Shown here: positions 39,699-47,969 of the stretch, piece by piece
How positions within the stretch are numbered: the stretch's first letter is position 1
How the letters are laid out: each line of letters begins with the position of its first letter
Source of the DNA: Bacilli bacterium
GTDB lineage: Bacteria; Bacillota_I; Bacilli_A; RFN20; CAG-826
Direction: 5' to 3'
DNA length: 64,000 bases
Assembly: GCA_024408105.1 (NCBI GenBank)
Contig: JAKSVG010000001.1
Location: forward strand, 50,854 to 114,853
Position numbers and translations under genes: made by a program
The notes under the pieces: model-generated
What the model was told of the DNA's origin: nothing
The model's database searches: none
Seen by the model: only the letters and a program-made list of their open reading frames with translations

Positions 39699-39727
39699 AG
39701 TATATGTGCGTGTGAATATCTTGTCAA
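39699..39727 (-). promoter_or_regulatory. Sigma-A promoter of glyS (minus strand).
   Basis: On the minus strand: TTGACA (rc of 39722-39727), 17-nt spacer, TATACT (rc of 39699-39704). There is no room for a T-box leader (80-nt gap). Confidence 0.55.
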
Positions 39728-39744
39728 CCTATTATAAGTGTATT

Positions 39745-40464
39745 TTATATCTTATTCAAAAGATTTATAGATTTTATATCTATTTGGGCATTATCATAAG
39801 CAAACTTCTTAAGATCATTAATTAATTCTAAGCATTCTTGTTTTGTAAATATAACTTTATCAAAGTTATTGATATCTACTTTAAATATGTAACGAATTAT
39901 TTTAAGTTTTCTACTGTCACATTGAACGTGTTTTGAAGGCATATAGCAGTCTTTGCATATAAATCCTCCATCTAGATATGAAACGGCTGTAATTTGGCTT
40001 GTTTTGCCACAAATAACGCAACTATCAACGTTAAGTTGGTATCCAGTTTCTTTTAATACAACTGCAAAATAAATTAAACCAATGGTAAACGGATCAAATC
40101 CTTCATCCAATAATTCTAAGGCTTTGCTAAACCAATTATAAACTTTAGCGGCGTCATCATTTTGGATAAATTTATTTGTTATTTCTCCAATCATATCCGC
40201 AATGGCTAGTGTGGAAATATTATCTTTGATATGAGGGAAACTAGTATGTAATTCTCCACTTCTTAAAGAAAAACCTTCTTTACCTTTAGATAATTGAAAT
40301 TTTGCCTTAGAAAAAAGATTTACAGTTGGTGCGTTTTTGCTTTCAAATTTTAATACGCCTCTAGCCAAAAACGAAATGATTCTATCATTGGTTAAGACAT
40401 TTACCACTGCATCATTTTCACGAAAAGGGGTGGCTCTAATCACAATGCCTTCAATCTCGAACAT
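39745..40464 (-). CDS. recO: DNA repair protein RecO.
   Basis: N-terminal OB fold plus C-terminal zinc CxxC...CxxC (CVICG...CKDC). 239 aa. Downstream of era. Confidence 0.85.
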   Translation of the reverse strand: MFEIEGIVIRATPFRENDAVVNVLTNDRIISFLARGVLKFESKNAPTVNLFSKAKFQLSKGKEGFSLRSGELHTSFPHIKDNISTLAIADMIGEITNKFIQNDDAAKVYNWFSKALELLDEGFDPFTIGLIYFAVVLKETGYQLNVDSCVICGKTSQITAVSYLDGGFICKDCYMPSKHVQCDSRKLKIIRYIFKVDINNFDKVIFTKQECLELINDLKKFAYDNAQIDIKSINLLNKI

Positions 40465-41336
40465 TATTTATAGCCTAATTCCTTCAGTATTTTTGGATTA
40501 TTAATCCAATCTTCTTTTACAGAAACAAATAGGTCGAGGAAAATGTGCTTATTAAAGTACTCTTCTAATGTTTTTCTAGACTTGATGCCAATAGCTTTAA
40601 TTTTCTTCCCGCCTTTTCCAATTACAATTCCTTTATGCGATTCACGGTCAACAATTATTGTTGCCTTGATATAAACTGCATCAGACTTGTGCTGTATTTC
40701 ATCAACTCTAACAGCCAGTTCATGGGGAACTTCTTCCTTTAAAAATTTAAGTAATTTTTCACGTATTATTTCAGAAACATAAAACGCTGCATCCTTATCA
40801 GTGATAGTTTCTTCATCATAGTACCGCGGCCCTTCTTTCATTAATGGCTTAATTTTTTCAAGTAATTCCCTAATGCCAAAATTTTCTATCGCACTCATCT
40901 CAAGGATTTCTGCATTTGGGTATTTATTTTTATAAATTTCTTTAATAGCCACAACTTCAGGAAGCCTAAGCAAATCAATTTTATTGATAATTACAAATAA
41001 AGGGCAATTTTCCGGAATGTTCTTTGCTATATATTCATCACCAGCATCAAACTTCTTAGATCCGTCAACAACTAAGACGATTGCCTCAACTCCTTTTGTG
41101 GAATCAATCGCACCTTGATTCATGATTCTTCCAAGGGAATGGCGTGCCTTATGAATTCCAGGTGTATCAACAAAAACAATTTGATAATCGCCATCATCAA
41201 ATATTCCTCTAATTGCGTTACGTGTCGTTTGTGCTTTTTCGGTAACTATTGATATATCTCGCTCTAAAAGAGCGTTAATCAAAGTCGACTTTCCCGCATT
41301 AGGCCTTCCAATAATAGCTACAAAGCCAGAACGCAT
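40464..41336 (-). CDS. era: GTPase Era.
   Basis: G1 (GRPNAGKST), G3 (DTPG), NKID, and a C-terminal KH domain. 290 aa. Confidence 0.92.
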   Translation of the reverse strand: MRSGFVAIIGRPNAGKSTLINALLERDISIVTEKAQTTRNAIRGIFDDGDYQIVFVDTPGIHKARHSLGRIMNQGAIDSTKGVEAIVLVVDGSKKFDAGDEYIAKNIPENCPLFVIINKIDLLRLPEVVAIKEIYKNKYPNAEILEMSAIENFGIRELLEKIKPLMKEGPRYYDEETITDKDAAFYVSEIIREKLLKFLKEEVPHELAVRVDEIQHKSDAVYIKATIIVDRESHKGIVIGKGGKKIKAIGIKSRKTLEEYFNKHIFLDLFVSVKEDWINNPKILKELGYK

Positions 41337-42181
41337 TATTTCAAATCATCCTCAGAAAATGCAAACGGAAGTAGTTCATCAATAGATGTTTCTTGAACTA
41401 AACCTTTTAGGTTTGCCATAAATATAGGGGCGCTCTTTGGCATAAGTTCTGACATAACTTGTCTACATGCGCCGCATGGAGCACAAGGACCTTCGGTATC
41501 CGCAGCTAATGCTAAGGCAGCAATATCGCCCTTTTTAACGCCATGCATATATGCATTATAGAGAGCGTTTCTTTCAGCACACATGCAAAGTGGGTAAGCA
41601 GAGTTTTCAATATTAGCTCCTAAAAAGACTTTGCCATCGGTTGTCAAAACTGCTGCACCAACTTTGAATTTTGAATAAGGAGAGTAAGATAATTCTCTCG
41701 CCTCAATCGCTTTAGTAACTAATTCATTCTTTTCCATTTTGTGTCCTCCGAGGATTTCATCCTGCAATTGAAACATAACGATTTCATCGTTCTTTTTCAT
41801 ATGATCATAGCCTAATAAATGAAGCATTCCATGAACAAAAAGAAATGACATTTCTCTGTTAACTGAGTGACCGAATTCTTTAGCTTGTTCTTCGGCTTTT
41901 TCATATGAAATAACAATTTGCCCTAAAGATAAAGGAATATCTGAAGAAATTGTTTCATTTTCATCATCAAAAAATGCAAAACTGATTACATCAGTCGGCT
42001 TATCATTTTTTCGATAATCGCGATTAATTTCTTGGATAGATTTATTATCTACAATAATCACATCAACGATATAATTTTCTTTAATACCTAAATGATTAAA
42101 GACCTTCTCAGTTAAATTTGAGAACTGATTTTCAAATGCATCATAAGATGCAGGTCCGTGATTGATAAAATCTAATTCCAT
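41336..42181 (-). CDS. ybeY: Fusion protein: endoribonuclease YbeY (N-terminal) plus cytidine deaminase Cdd (C-terminal).
   Basis: N-terminal HGMLHLLGYDH zinc motif (YbeY). C-terminal CAERNALYNA...PCAPCGACRQVM (Cdd zinc ligands). 281 aa, roughly 150 + 130. Confidence 0.82.
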   Translation of the reverse strand: MELDFINHGPASYDAFENQFSNLTEKVFNHLGIKENYIVDVIIVDNKSIQEINRDYRKNDKPTDVISFAFFDDENETISSDIPLSLGQIVISYEKAEEQAKEFGHSVNREMSFLFVHGMLHLLGYDHMKKNDEIVMFQLQDEILGGHKMEKNELVTKAIEARELSYSPYSKFKVGAAVLTTDGKVFLGANIENSAYPLCMCAERNALYNAYMHGVKKGDIAALALAADTEGPCAPCGACRQVMSELMPKSAPIFMANLKGLVQETSIDELLPFAFSEDDLK

Positions 42182-42223
42182 ATATTAGGGATTTATATAA
42201 TAACATACATTTAATGCTATGTC

Positions 42224-43411
42224 CTATAAATTGCATTTATGAATGAATTTAGCCTTGTCTTTTTTGTAATCAGAAATTTCCCAATCCGCATTAAGAAAAA
42301 CGTCAAAGTTCATCAGAAGAACATAATATAATCCAAAGTGAAAAATCACATAATTTACACTGATTTCTTTAGCAGATAACATAAGCAAAAAGCTAATTAT
42401 AATAACTATAAATGTATTAATACATTTTCTTAAAGCAATTTTTAAAGCAAAAGAAGATGATTTATTACATACTGATTTAATATCTTCAACTAAGTTTGAT
42501 CTTGCAGAACTGCAAAGTGCTTGTTCATTGATAGATATATCATCTTTAATTTTGCAGTCACCTTTATGAAACATAATTTTTTCAATGACACACACTAATA
42601 AAAGAATTAAGAAAGCTATACAATTTTTTGAATCATTTAAAATTAAGCTAACAACTATAATTATCGTGAGAATTAAACTAGAAAATAATTTACGAGAATA
42701 AGAAAAATATTTTGACTTAAAACTTGCATAAAATTTATAGTCATTTTTTGATATATTATTGCTTGAGAAAAATAATGGGATATATTTATTATCAAAGAAT
42801 TTAATTTCTTTGATTAAATACCATTTTTCTACTAATTCGAAAATCATAAATATAGTCAATAAAATAAATGGAGTAAGAATAAAAGAATCACCTTTTATGA
42901 AATATAAACCCGTTACCAAAGAGGCTACTCCTAGTATCGAAAGTGAAAGAGAAATAATTTGGGAAATTGGGGATAGGATATTTTTGTTTTTTATTTTTAG
43001 TTCCTTTCTTTTATATTCTGCTATTTCAAGAGTTTCTCCACTCCAACTATTTAAAAATTTATCAATTTTAATTTTGATAGAACCAAGTGATGGATCATTG
43101 ACTAGGATGAATTTTGTTGTGATCTTTTTCACTAATACTAAATGATTAGAATTAATAAGCACTAAAGCAGGAATGTTTATCTTTGATAAATCTTTATCAA
43201 TATATTTAAACGCACAAAGTTTAACGTTATATCTTGAAGCGATTTCGATTAAATTCGAAAAAGAATATGGACGGTCTTTAAAAGGGGAATTAAGACGCAG
43301 AAAAGATTTATTCTTGTTTATTGTGGCTAAAAGCATTTTTAATGACGCAAAGCCACAATCATGTTCGCTCCCTTGATAGCAAAAATATTTTGACACTAGT
43401 TTCACCTCCAA
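42224..43411 (-). CDS. Membrane protein with an N-terminal peptidase-C39 (double-glycine leader peptidase) domain and a C-terminal multi-TM region; no ABC ATPase domain.
   Basis: Q-x5-DCGFASL (oxyanion Gln plus nucleophile Cys), NHLVLV (His) and NDP (Asp) arranged as in C39 peptidases. This is followed by about 6 hydrophobic helices. The gene is extremely AT-rich. Confidence 0.55.
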   Translation of the reverse strand: MEVKLVSKYFCYQGSEHDCGFASLKMLLATINKNKSFLRLNSPFKDRPYSFSNLIEIASRYNVKLCAFKYIDKDLSKINIPALVLINSNHLVLVKKITTKFILVNDPSLGSIKIKIDKFLNSWSGETLEIAEYKRKELKIKNKNILSPISQIISLSLSILGVASLVTGLYFIKGDSFILTPFILLTIFMIFELVEKWYLIKEIKFFDNKYIPLFFSSNNISKNDYKFYASFKSKYFSYSRKLFSSLILTIIIVVSLILNDSKNCIAFLILLLVCVIEKIMFHKGDCKIKDDISINEQALCSSARSNLVEDIKSVCNKSSSFALKIALRKCINTFIVIIISFLLMLSAKEISVNYVIFHFGLYYVLLMNFDVFLNADWEISDYKKDKAKFIHKCNL

Positions 43412-43443
43412 TATCTAGTAGTCAATTTTCAAGAAAAAATGCT

Positions 43444-43472
43444 AAAAGAAAAAGGGAAGCAAATGCTTCCCA
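43444..43472 (-). terminator. Rho-independent terminator of rpsU (minus strand).
   Basis: Minus strand: gggaagc-attt-gcttccc followed by tttttctttt. Confidence 0.75.
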
Positions 43473-43490
43473 ATTATTGATTAGTACGTA

Positions 43491-43664
43491 TTAGTAAGTT
43501 TTACGTCTTGCCATTTCGCTTTTTAGTTTACGCTTAAGTCCTTTTTTAAGGTAGAACTCTCTTTTACGTGTCTCAAGGAGAACGCCGGATTTGTTCACTT
43601 GGCGTTTAAAACGGCGAAGTGCTTCGTCTAATGTTTCGTTTTCACGAACAACTGTCTTTGGCAT
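43491..43664 (-). CDS. rpsU: 30S ribosomal protein S21.
   Basis: Hand translation gives [57 protein letters not shown] (57 aa). AAGGAG RBS. Missed by the ORF track (under 60 aa). Confidence 0.88.
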   Translation of the reverse strand: MPKTVVRENETLDEALRRFKRQVNKSGVLLETRKREFYLKKGLKRKLKSEMARRKTY

Positions 43665-43702
43665 TTAATTCATCTCCTTCCTTACGTACAGAATAACTAA
43701 TG

Positions 43703-44347
43703 TTATTCACCTTTTACGATTTTAACACCGCAAGAGGCGCCGATGCGAGATGCACCAGCATTAATCATATCTTCAGCTTCAAAGCGATTATGGATACCAC
43801 CACTGGCCTTAACACCAAATGTAGGTCCGACTGCTTCACGCATCATAGCAACATGACGCACTGTAGCTCCGCCTTTTGAGAAGCCTGTAGATGTTTTAAC
43901 ATAGTCTGCGCCAGCACGCACACACGCTCTACAGCACTCAACGATTTCTTCGTCGGTGAGTAAACATGTTTCAAGAATTACTTTTAGTAATTTGCCACCG
44001 CATCCTTCTTTAACTAATCTAACTTCTTTTTCGATAAAATCATAATCATGCTCTTTAGCCATTGAAATGTTTAGAACCATATCAATTTCTTGAGCACCTG
44101 CTTTAACAGCTTCGCTTGCTTCAAACTTTTTAACCTCTGGAAGCGTTGCTCCTAATGGGAATCCAATAACTGTGCAAACCTTAACAATTGAGCCTGCAAG
44201 TAGTTTGCTCGCCACTGGGACAAAGCAAGGGTTGACGCACACAGATGCAAATTCATAACTACGTGCTTCTTCACACAATTTTTTAATTGCTTCTATAGAA
44301 GCATCTGGTTTTAAAAGTGTGTGATCAATCATTCTATTAATTTCCAT
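43703..44347 (-). CDS. deoC: Deoxyribose-phosphate aldolase.
   Basis: DeoC TIM barrel with Schiff-base Lys region (GADYVKTSTGF). 214 aa. Confidence 0.88.
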   Translation of the reverse strand: MEINRMIDHTLLKPDASIEAIKKLCEEARSYEFASVCVNPCFVPVASKLLAGSIVKVCTVIGFPLGATLPEVKKFEASEAVKAGAQEIDMVLNISMAKEHDYDFIEKEVRLVKEGCGGKLLKVILETCLLTDEEIVECCRACVRAGADYVKTSTGFSKGGATVRHVAMMREAVGPTFGVKASGGIHNRFEAEDMINAGASRIGASCGVKIVKGE

Positions 44348-44394
44348 TTTTGTTACCTCTTTGTTAGATTATAACACAAAGTGTTGATTTAAGA

Positions 44395-44643
44395 CTACTC
44401 TGCTTTTTTAGAAGCTGTTTTCTTAGTTGCTTTCTTTGGAGCAGGTTTTACATCAACTGCTTTTGTGTCTTTTTTGCTCATAACGTCTTTTCCGTTATAG
44501 TAACCACATTTAGGGCACACATTATGAGATTTAATAGTTGCACCACAATTTGGGCACTTAACTAATCCAGAAACTGAAAGTTTAAAGTGAGTGCGGCGCA
44601 TTCTTTTTGATGTTTTTGATGTTCTTCTGAATGGGACTGCCAT
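44395..44643 (-). CDS. rpmF: 50S ribosomal protein L32 with a Lys-rich C-terminal extension.
   Basis: [22 protein letters not shown]...CPNCG...CPKCGYY (bL32 zinc ribbon). AGGAGG RBS. Confidence 0.85.
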   Translation of the reverse strand: MAVPFRRTSKTSKRMRRTHFKLSVSGLVKCPNCGATIKSHNVCPKCGYYNGKDVMSKKDTKAVDVKPAPKKATKKTASKKAE

Positions 44644-44745
44644 AGAATTTTCCTCCTAACAAACTGCAGTTAATTATAAATTAATGATATATAAAAGCAA
44701 TATTTTTTAATACAATGTTTAAAAATTTACTATCTTTTCTCGACA

Positions 44746-45999
44746 CTATCGAACTTTTAATTTAACGATTTTGCCAATATATTCATCAGGCAAATCTGCT
44801 GATATCTTAAGATAATTCGATGTAAAACCAGACAATAATCCTGTTGTTTTATTTCTCTCTTCTAAAAGAACTTCTAATTCTTTGCCTCTAAATGAGTTGA
44901 AATACTTATCATAAAGAACGTTAGACAATTCAATTAGCTTACTGACTCGTTCGTTTTTAACCTTAGGGTCGACTTGCTCACTCATCTCGTAAGCTGGCGT
45001 TCCTTCTCTAGCAGAAAACGGAAAAACATGTAACTCAGCAAAATTAACTTTTTTTATAAATTCATATGTTTCGTTGAATTCTTCTTCGCTTTCGCCAGGG
45101 AATCCAACAATTACATCTGTCGTGATTGCAATATCCGGTCGCACTTCTCTAATTTTATTAACTTTGTTAACGAAGTCTTGAACATTATATTTTCTGTGCA
45201 TTCTTTTTAGCACACTTGATGATCCACTTTGCAAAGGCATGTGCAAATGGTTTGCAATGTTTGGATAGTTTTTAAGCAAATTAATAAATTTATCGTCGAT
45301 TTCACTTTCTTCAATTGAAGATATCCTTAATCTATATAAGCCAGGTATTTTCAAAATTTCTTCAACTAAATCTGAAAACGTGATTCCTTTTAAATCAATC
45401 CCATAGAACGCTGTGTGAATTCCCGTTAGCACGAATTCTTTGAATCCTTGAGAAATAAGATGCTTTATTTCATCAATAATTTCATCTTTGTCTCTTGATC
45501 GAACATTGCCTCTTGTGTATGGTATTGTACAATATGTACAAAAATTATTACATCCATCTTCAACTTTTATGTATGCTCGAGTAGATTCTGGCAATGTGAA
45601 AACACCAAAAGATTCATATTTTAAATGGCGAACATCGTCATCTATCATTTTTATTGGCTTCTTAGTTTTTAAAAATGTCTGAATCAACTCTAAAATCTTA
45701 TTTCTGTTTGAAGTTCCGACAACAATATCAGCGTTGCATTCTTTTATTACATAATCTGCATTCTTCTGAGAATAGCACCCCATCACAACCACAATAGAAT
45801 TGATATTGTTTCTTTTTTCTCGTCTTATTATCTGCCGAGATTTTTGATCTGCAACAGATGTAACAGAACATGTATTGATAATAGTTACATCTGGTGAAAT
45901 TTGAGATTCCTCATAACCATTTAAAAAAAGCATCTGGCGAATAGCGTTGCTTTCATATGAATTAACTTTGCAACCAAGTGATATTAATTTAAATTTCAT
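44746..45999 (-). CDS. mtaB: tRNA t6A37 methylthiotransferase MtaB (YqeV), radical SAM.
   Basis: MiaB-like N-terminal domain. Radical-SAM CxxxCxxC (CNNFCTYC). TRAM C-terminus. 417 aa. Confidence 0.82.
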   Translation of the reverse strand: MKFKLISLGCKVNSYESNAIRQMLFLNGYEESQISPDVTIINTCSVTSVADQKSRQIIRREKRNNINSIVVVMGCYSQKNADYVIKECNADIVVGTSNRNKILELIQTFLKTKKPIKMIDDDVRHLKYESFGVFTLPESTRAYIKVEDGCNNFCTYCTIPYTRGNVRSRDKDEIIDEIKHLISQGFKEFVLTGIHTAFYGIDLKGITFSDLVEEILKIPGLYRLRISSIEESEIDDKFINLLKNYPNIANHLHMPLQSGSSSVLKRMHRKYNVQDFVNKVNKIREVRPDIAITTDVIVGFPGESEEEFNETYEFIKKVNFAELHVFPFSAREGTPAYEMSEQVDPKVKNERVSKLIELSNVLYDKYFNSFRGKELEVLLEERNKTTGLLSGFTSNYLKISADLPDEYIGKIVKLKVR

Positions 46000-46781
46000 T
46001 TTGCTTTTCTTTCTAATGAATGTTTAATCTTAAAATCTCTATGTTTAATTTTATAAATTAATTTTTCTGATACTAATTTATTTTGAATTAAAGCTTGCAG
46101 CATCCCCTCTTTATCATCATCAAGATAATTTTCAATAACCGGTCTAATTCGTTCAATAATACGACTGGTAGGTGGATGTTTTAAATACTTATCAAATAAA
46201 GGAATTTTTGCATCTAAACGTCCTTGATTATTTATTATATAAATAGTCTTAAAATCGAAATGATAGACCGCCATAACTTTTTCTGTTTTTTTAACAACAA
46301 CAAGTTTCGTAAACAAAGAATCATATAAATCAAAGTTATAAAGTTCAAATAAATCTATACACGAAGTGTTAAAAGAAGAAATCAATTTAGCATAAGGCGC
46401 TTTTAAAAGTTTTCCATGTTGATTCGAATAAAATCCATTGATTGCTCGTGAAAAAATTGGGACATATATTTTTGTTTCGTTTTCTTTTACATATGGAGCA
46501 TTTTTCATTTGCTCACTAATATATTTTTCAACCTCATTTGTTTTCATATTGCTTTCTTTGAAAGCATATAAAATGGCTTTTTCCAATTTTGATTTGTTTT
46601 GCAACGCTTGAATTATTATGTTTGCTCGAATAACGTCGAATTCATCACGAGCATCTAAAAGCATTTTGTACATTTCAATTCCGGAAAATAAATGTCTATT
46701 TGTTAAATAAAAGTAATAGTCTTCAGTTTTTCTAAAGTCTATGCCTTTTTGATATTTATCTAATAATTCGTATAACTGCAT
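45996..46781 (-). CDS. Hypothetical soluble protein (261 aa), inserted and translationally coupled between rsmE and mtaB.
   Basis: The start overlaps the rsmE stop (46781-46783). The stop overlaps the mtaB start (ATGA). No recognisable motifs. Confidence 0.6.
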   Translation of the reverse strand: MQLYELLDKYQKGIDFRKTEDYYFYLTNRHLFSGIEMYKMLLDARDEFDVIRANIIIQALQNKSKLEKAILYAFKESNMKTNEVEKYISEQMKNAPYVKENETKIYVPIFSRAINGFYSNQHGKLLKAPYAKLISSFNTSCIDLFELYNFDLYDSLFTKLVVVKKTEKVMAVYHFDFKTIYIINNQGRLDAKIPLFDKYLKHPPTSRIIERIRPVIENYLDDDKEGMLQALIQNKLVSEKLIYKIKHRDFKIKHSLERKAK

Positions 46782-46782
46782 A

Positions 46783-47502
46783 TTATTTTTTCTCTAACAG
46801 GCAGGATATAACACTCAATGCATATATAGAGGCAGTTTCTGCTCTAAGAATGCGCCTTCCTAATGAAACAGGTACAAACCCTTCGCACTTAGCAATGTTA
46901 ACTTCGTATTCTGCAAAGCCACCTTCAGGCCCTACCATAACCGCAATTGTTTGATCTTCTTTAGCTTTATTTATTTCATCAATAAATGTTTTGGTTATTC
47001 CTGCGTTTAATTCATAAGGAATTATTTTTATATCAGCTTTTATTCGTGAAAGTTCATTAATGCTAATGACTTTTGAGACATCAGGCACAGCTAAACGGCA
47101 TGATTGTTCAGCGGCCTCCTTAGCAATTCTTTTATATCTATCAAGTCTATTGCTGTTGTCACGCCTATTAACTCTAATTATCGTTCGTTCACTTTCTAAA
47201 AAAACGATTTCATTTACGCCTAATTCTGTCGCTTTTTGTACAACAAAATCCATTTTCTCGCCTTTTAATAAAGCTGCAATGAGAATTATCTTGCATTTTA
47301 ATTCTCTTTTTTCGTTAATTTTTCTTTTAACTTTTATCGCTAATGGTTTTATTGATTTAATCTCGCATAAAAAAACTTGATGATTATTTACAACTTCAAT
47401 TTCATCATTGCAGCGAGCTCGCATGACTTTGGTTAGATGAAAAATATCATCATCGGAAAGCAATACATCTTTATCAACGATTGAAGCAAAATATCTTTGC
47501 AT
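46783..47502 (-). CDS. rsmE: 16S rRNA (uracil1498-N3)-methyltransferase RsmE (YqeU).
   Basis: SPOUT fold with C-terminal AVMVGPEGGF motif. 239 aa. Confidence 0.82.
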   Translation of the reverse strand: MQRYFASIVDKDVLLSDDDIFHLTKVMRARCNDEIEVVNNHQVFLCEIKSIKPLAIKVKRKINEKRELKCKIILIAALLKGEKMDFVVQKATELGVNEIVFLESERTIIRVNRRDNSNRLDRYKRIAKEAAEQSCRLAVPDVSKVISINELSRIKADIKIIPYELNAGITKTFIDEINKAKEDQTIAVMVGPEGGFAEYEVNIAKCEGFVPVSLGRRILRAETASIYALSVISCLLEKK

Positions 47503-47942
47503 TATTTTAAAAATTCTCCATCTCCGTCAACTAAATCGTGGCGAATAAAAATCATTATGCCAGAAATAATCATCATAATTTCTAGAACAAAATACGGAAT
47601 TAAAAACGCTAAAGCGTTTGGGATTGCATTTGTAAAGAATAAAATAGAACCTAATGTAGCGATAAACACTACTGTTATTGCTATAAGAATAAATCCGATT
47701 TTTTTACGATTTAAATAAAACATATGTGCACCAAAAACGCCTAAGAAAATAGCTAATATGCCGGCAATTTTTCTACTTTTATGTTTTATTTCTTCAACAT
47801 TACATTCAATTGGATCAAATGCTTTAGTAAAATCTTGAGTCACATTATCGTTGCCTTCAAGAGGCTTTCTTGTGCCACAAAATGGACAAATGTCTTTGTC
47901 TAATCTAGATATTTCTTCACCACAGTTTTTACATTTAGCCAT
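47502..47942 (-). CDS. Zinc-ribbon plus TM2-domain membrane protein.
   Basis: N-terminal CKNCG...CPFCG. TM2 signature LGVFGAHMFYLNRKKIGF. Two or three TM helices. Confidence 0.7.
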   Translation of the reverse strand: MAKCKNCGEEISRLDKDICPFCGTRKPLEGNDNVTQDFTKAFDPIECNVEEIKHKSRKIAGILAIFLGVFGAHMFYLNRKKIGFILIAITVVFIATLGSILFFTNAIPNALAFLIPYFVLEIMMIISGIMIFIRHDLVDGDGEFLK

Positions 47943-47969
47943 AAATACTTCAATAGTATAACACGAAAA

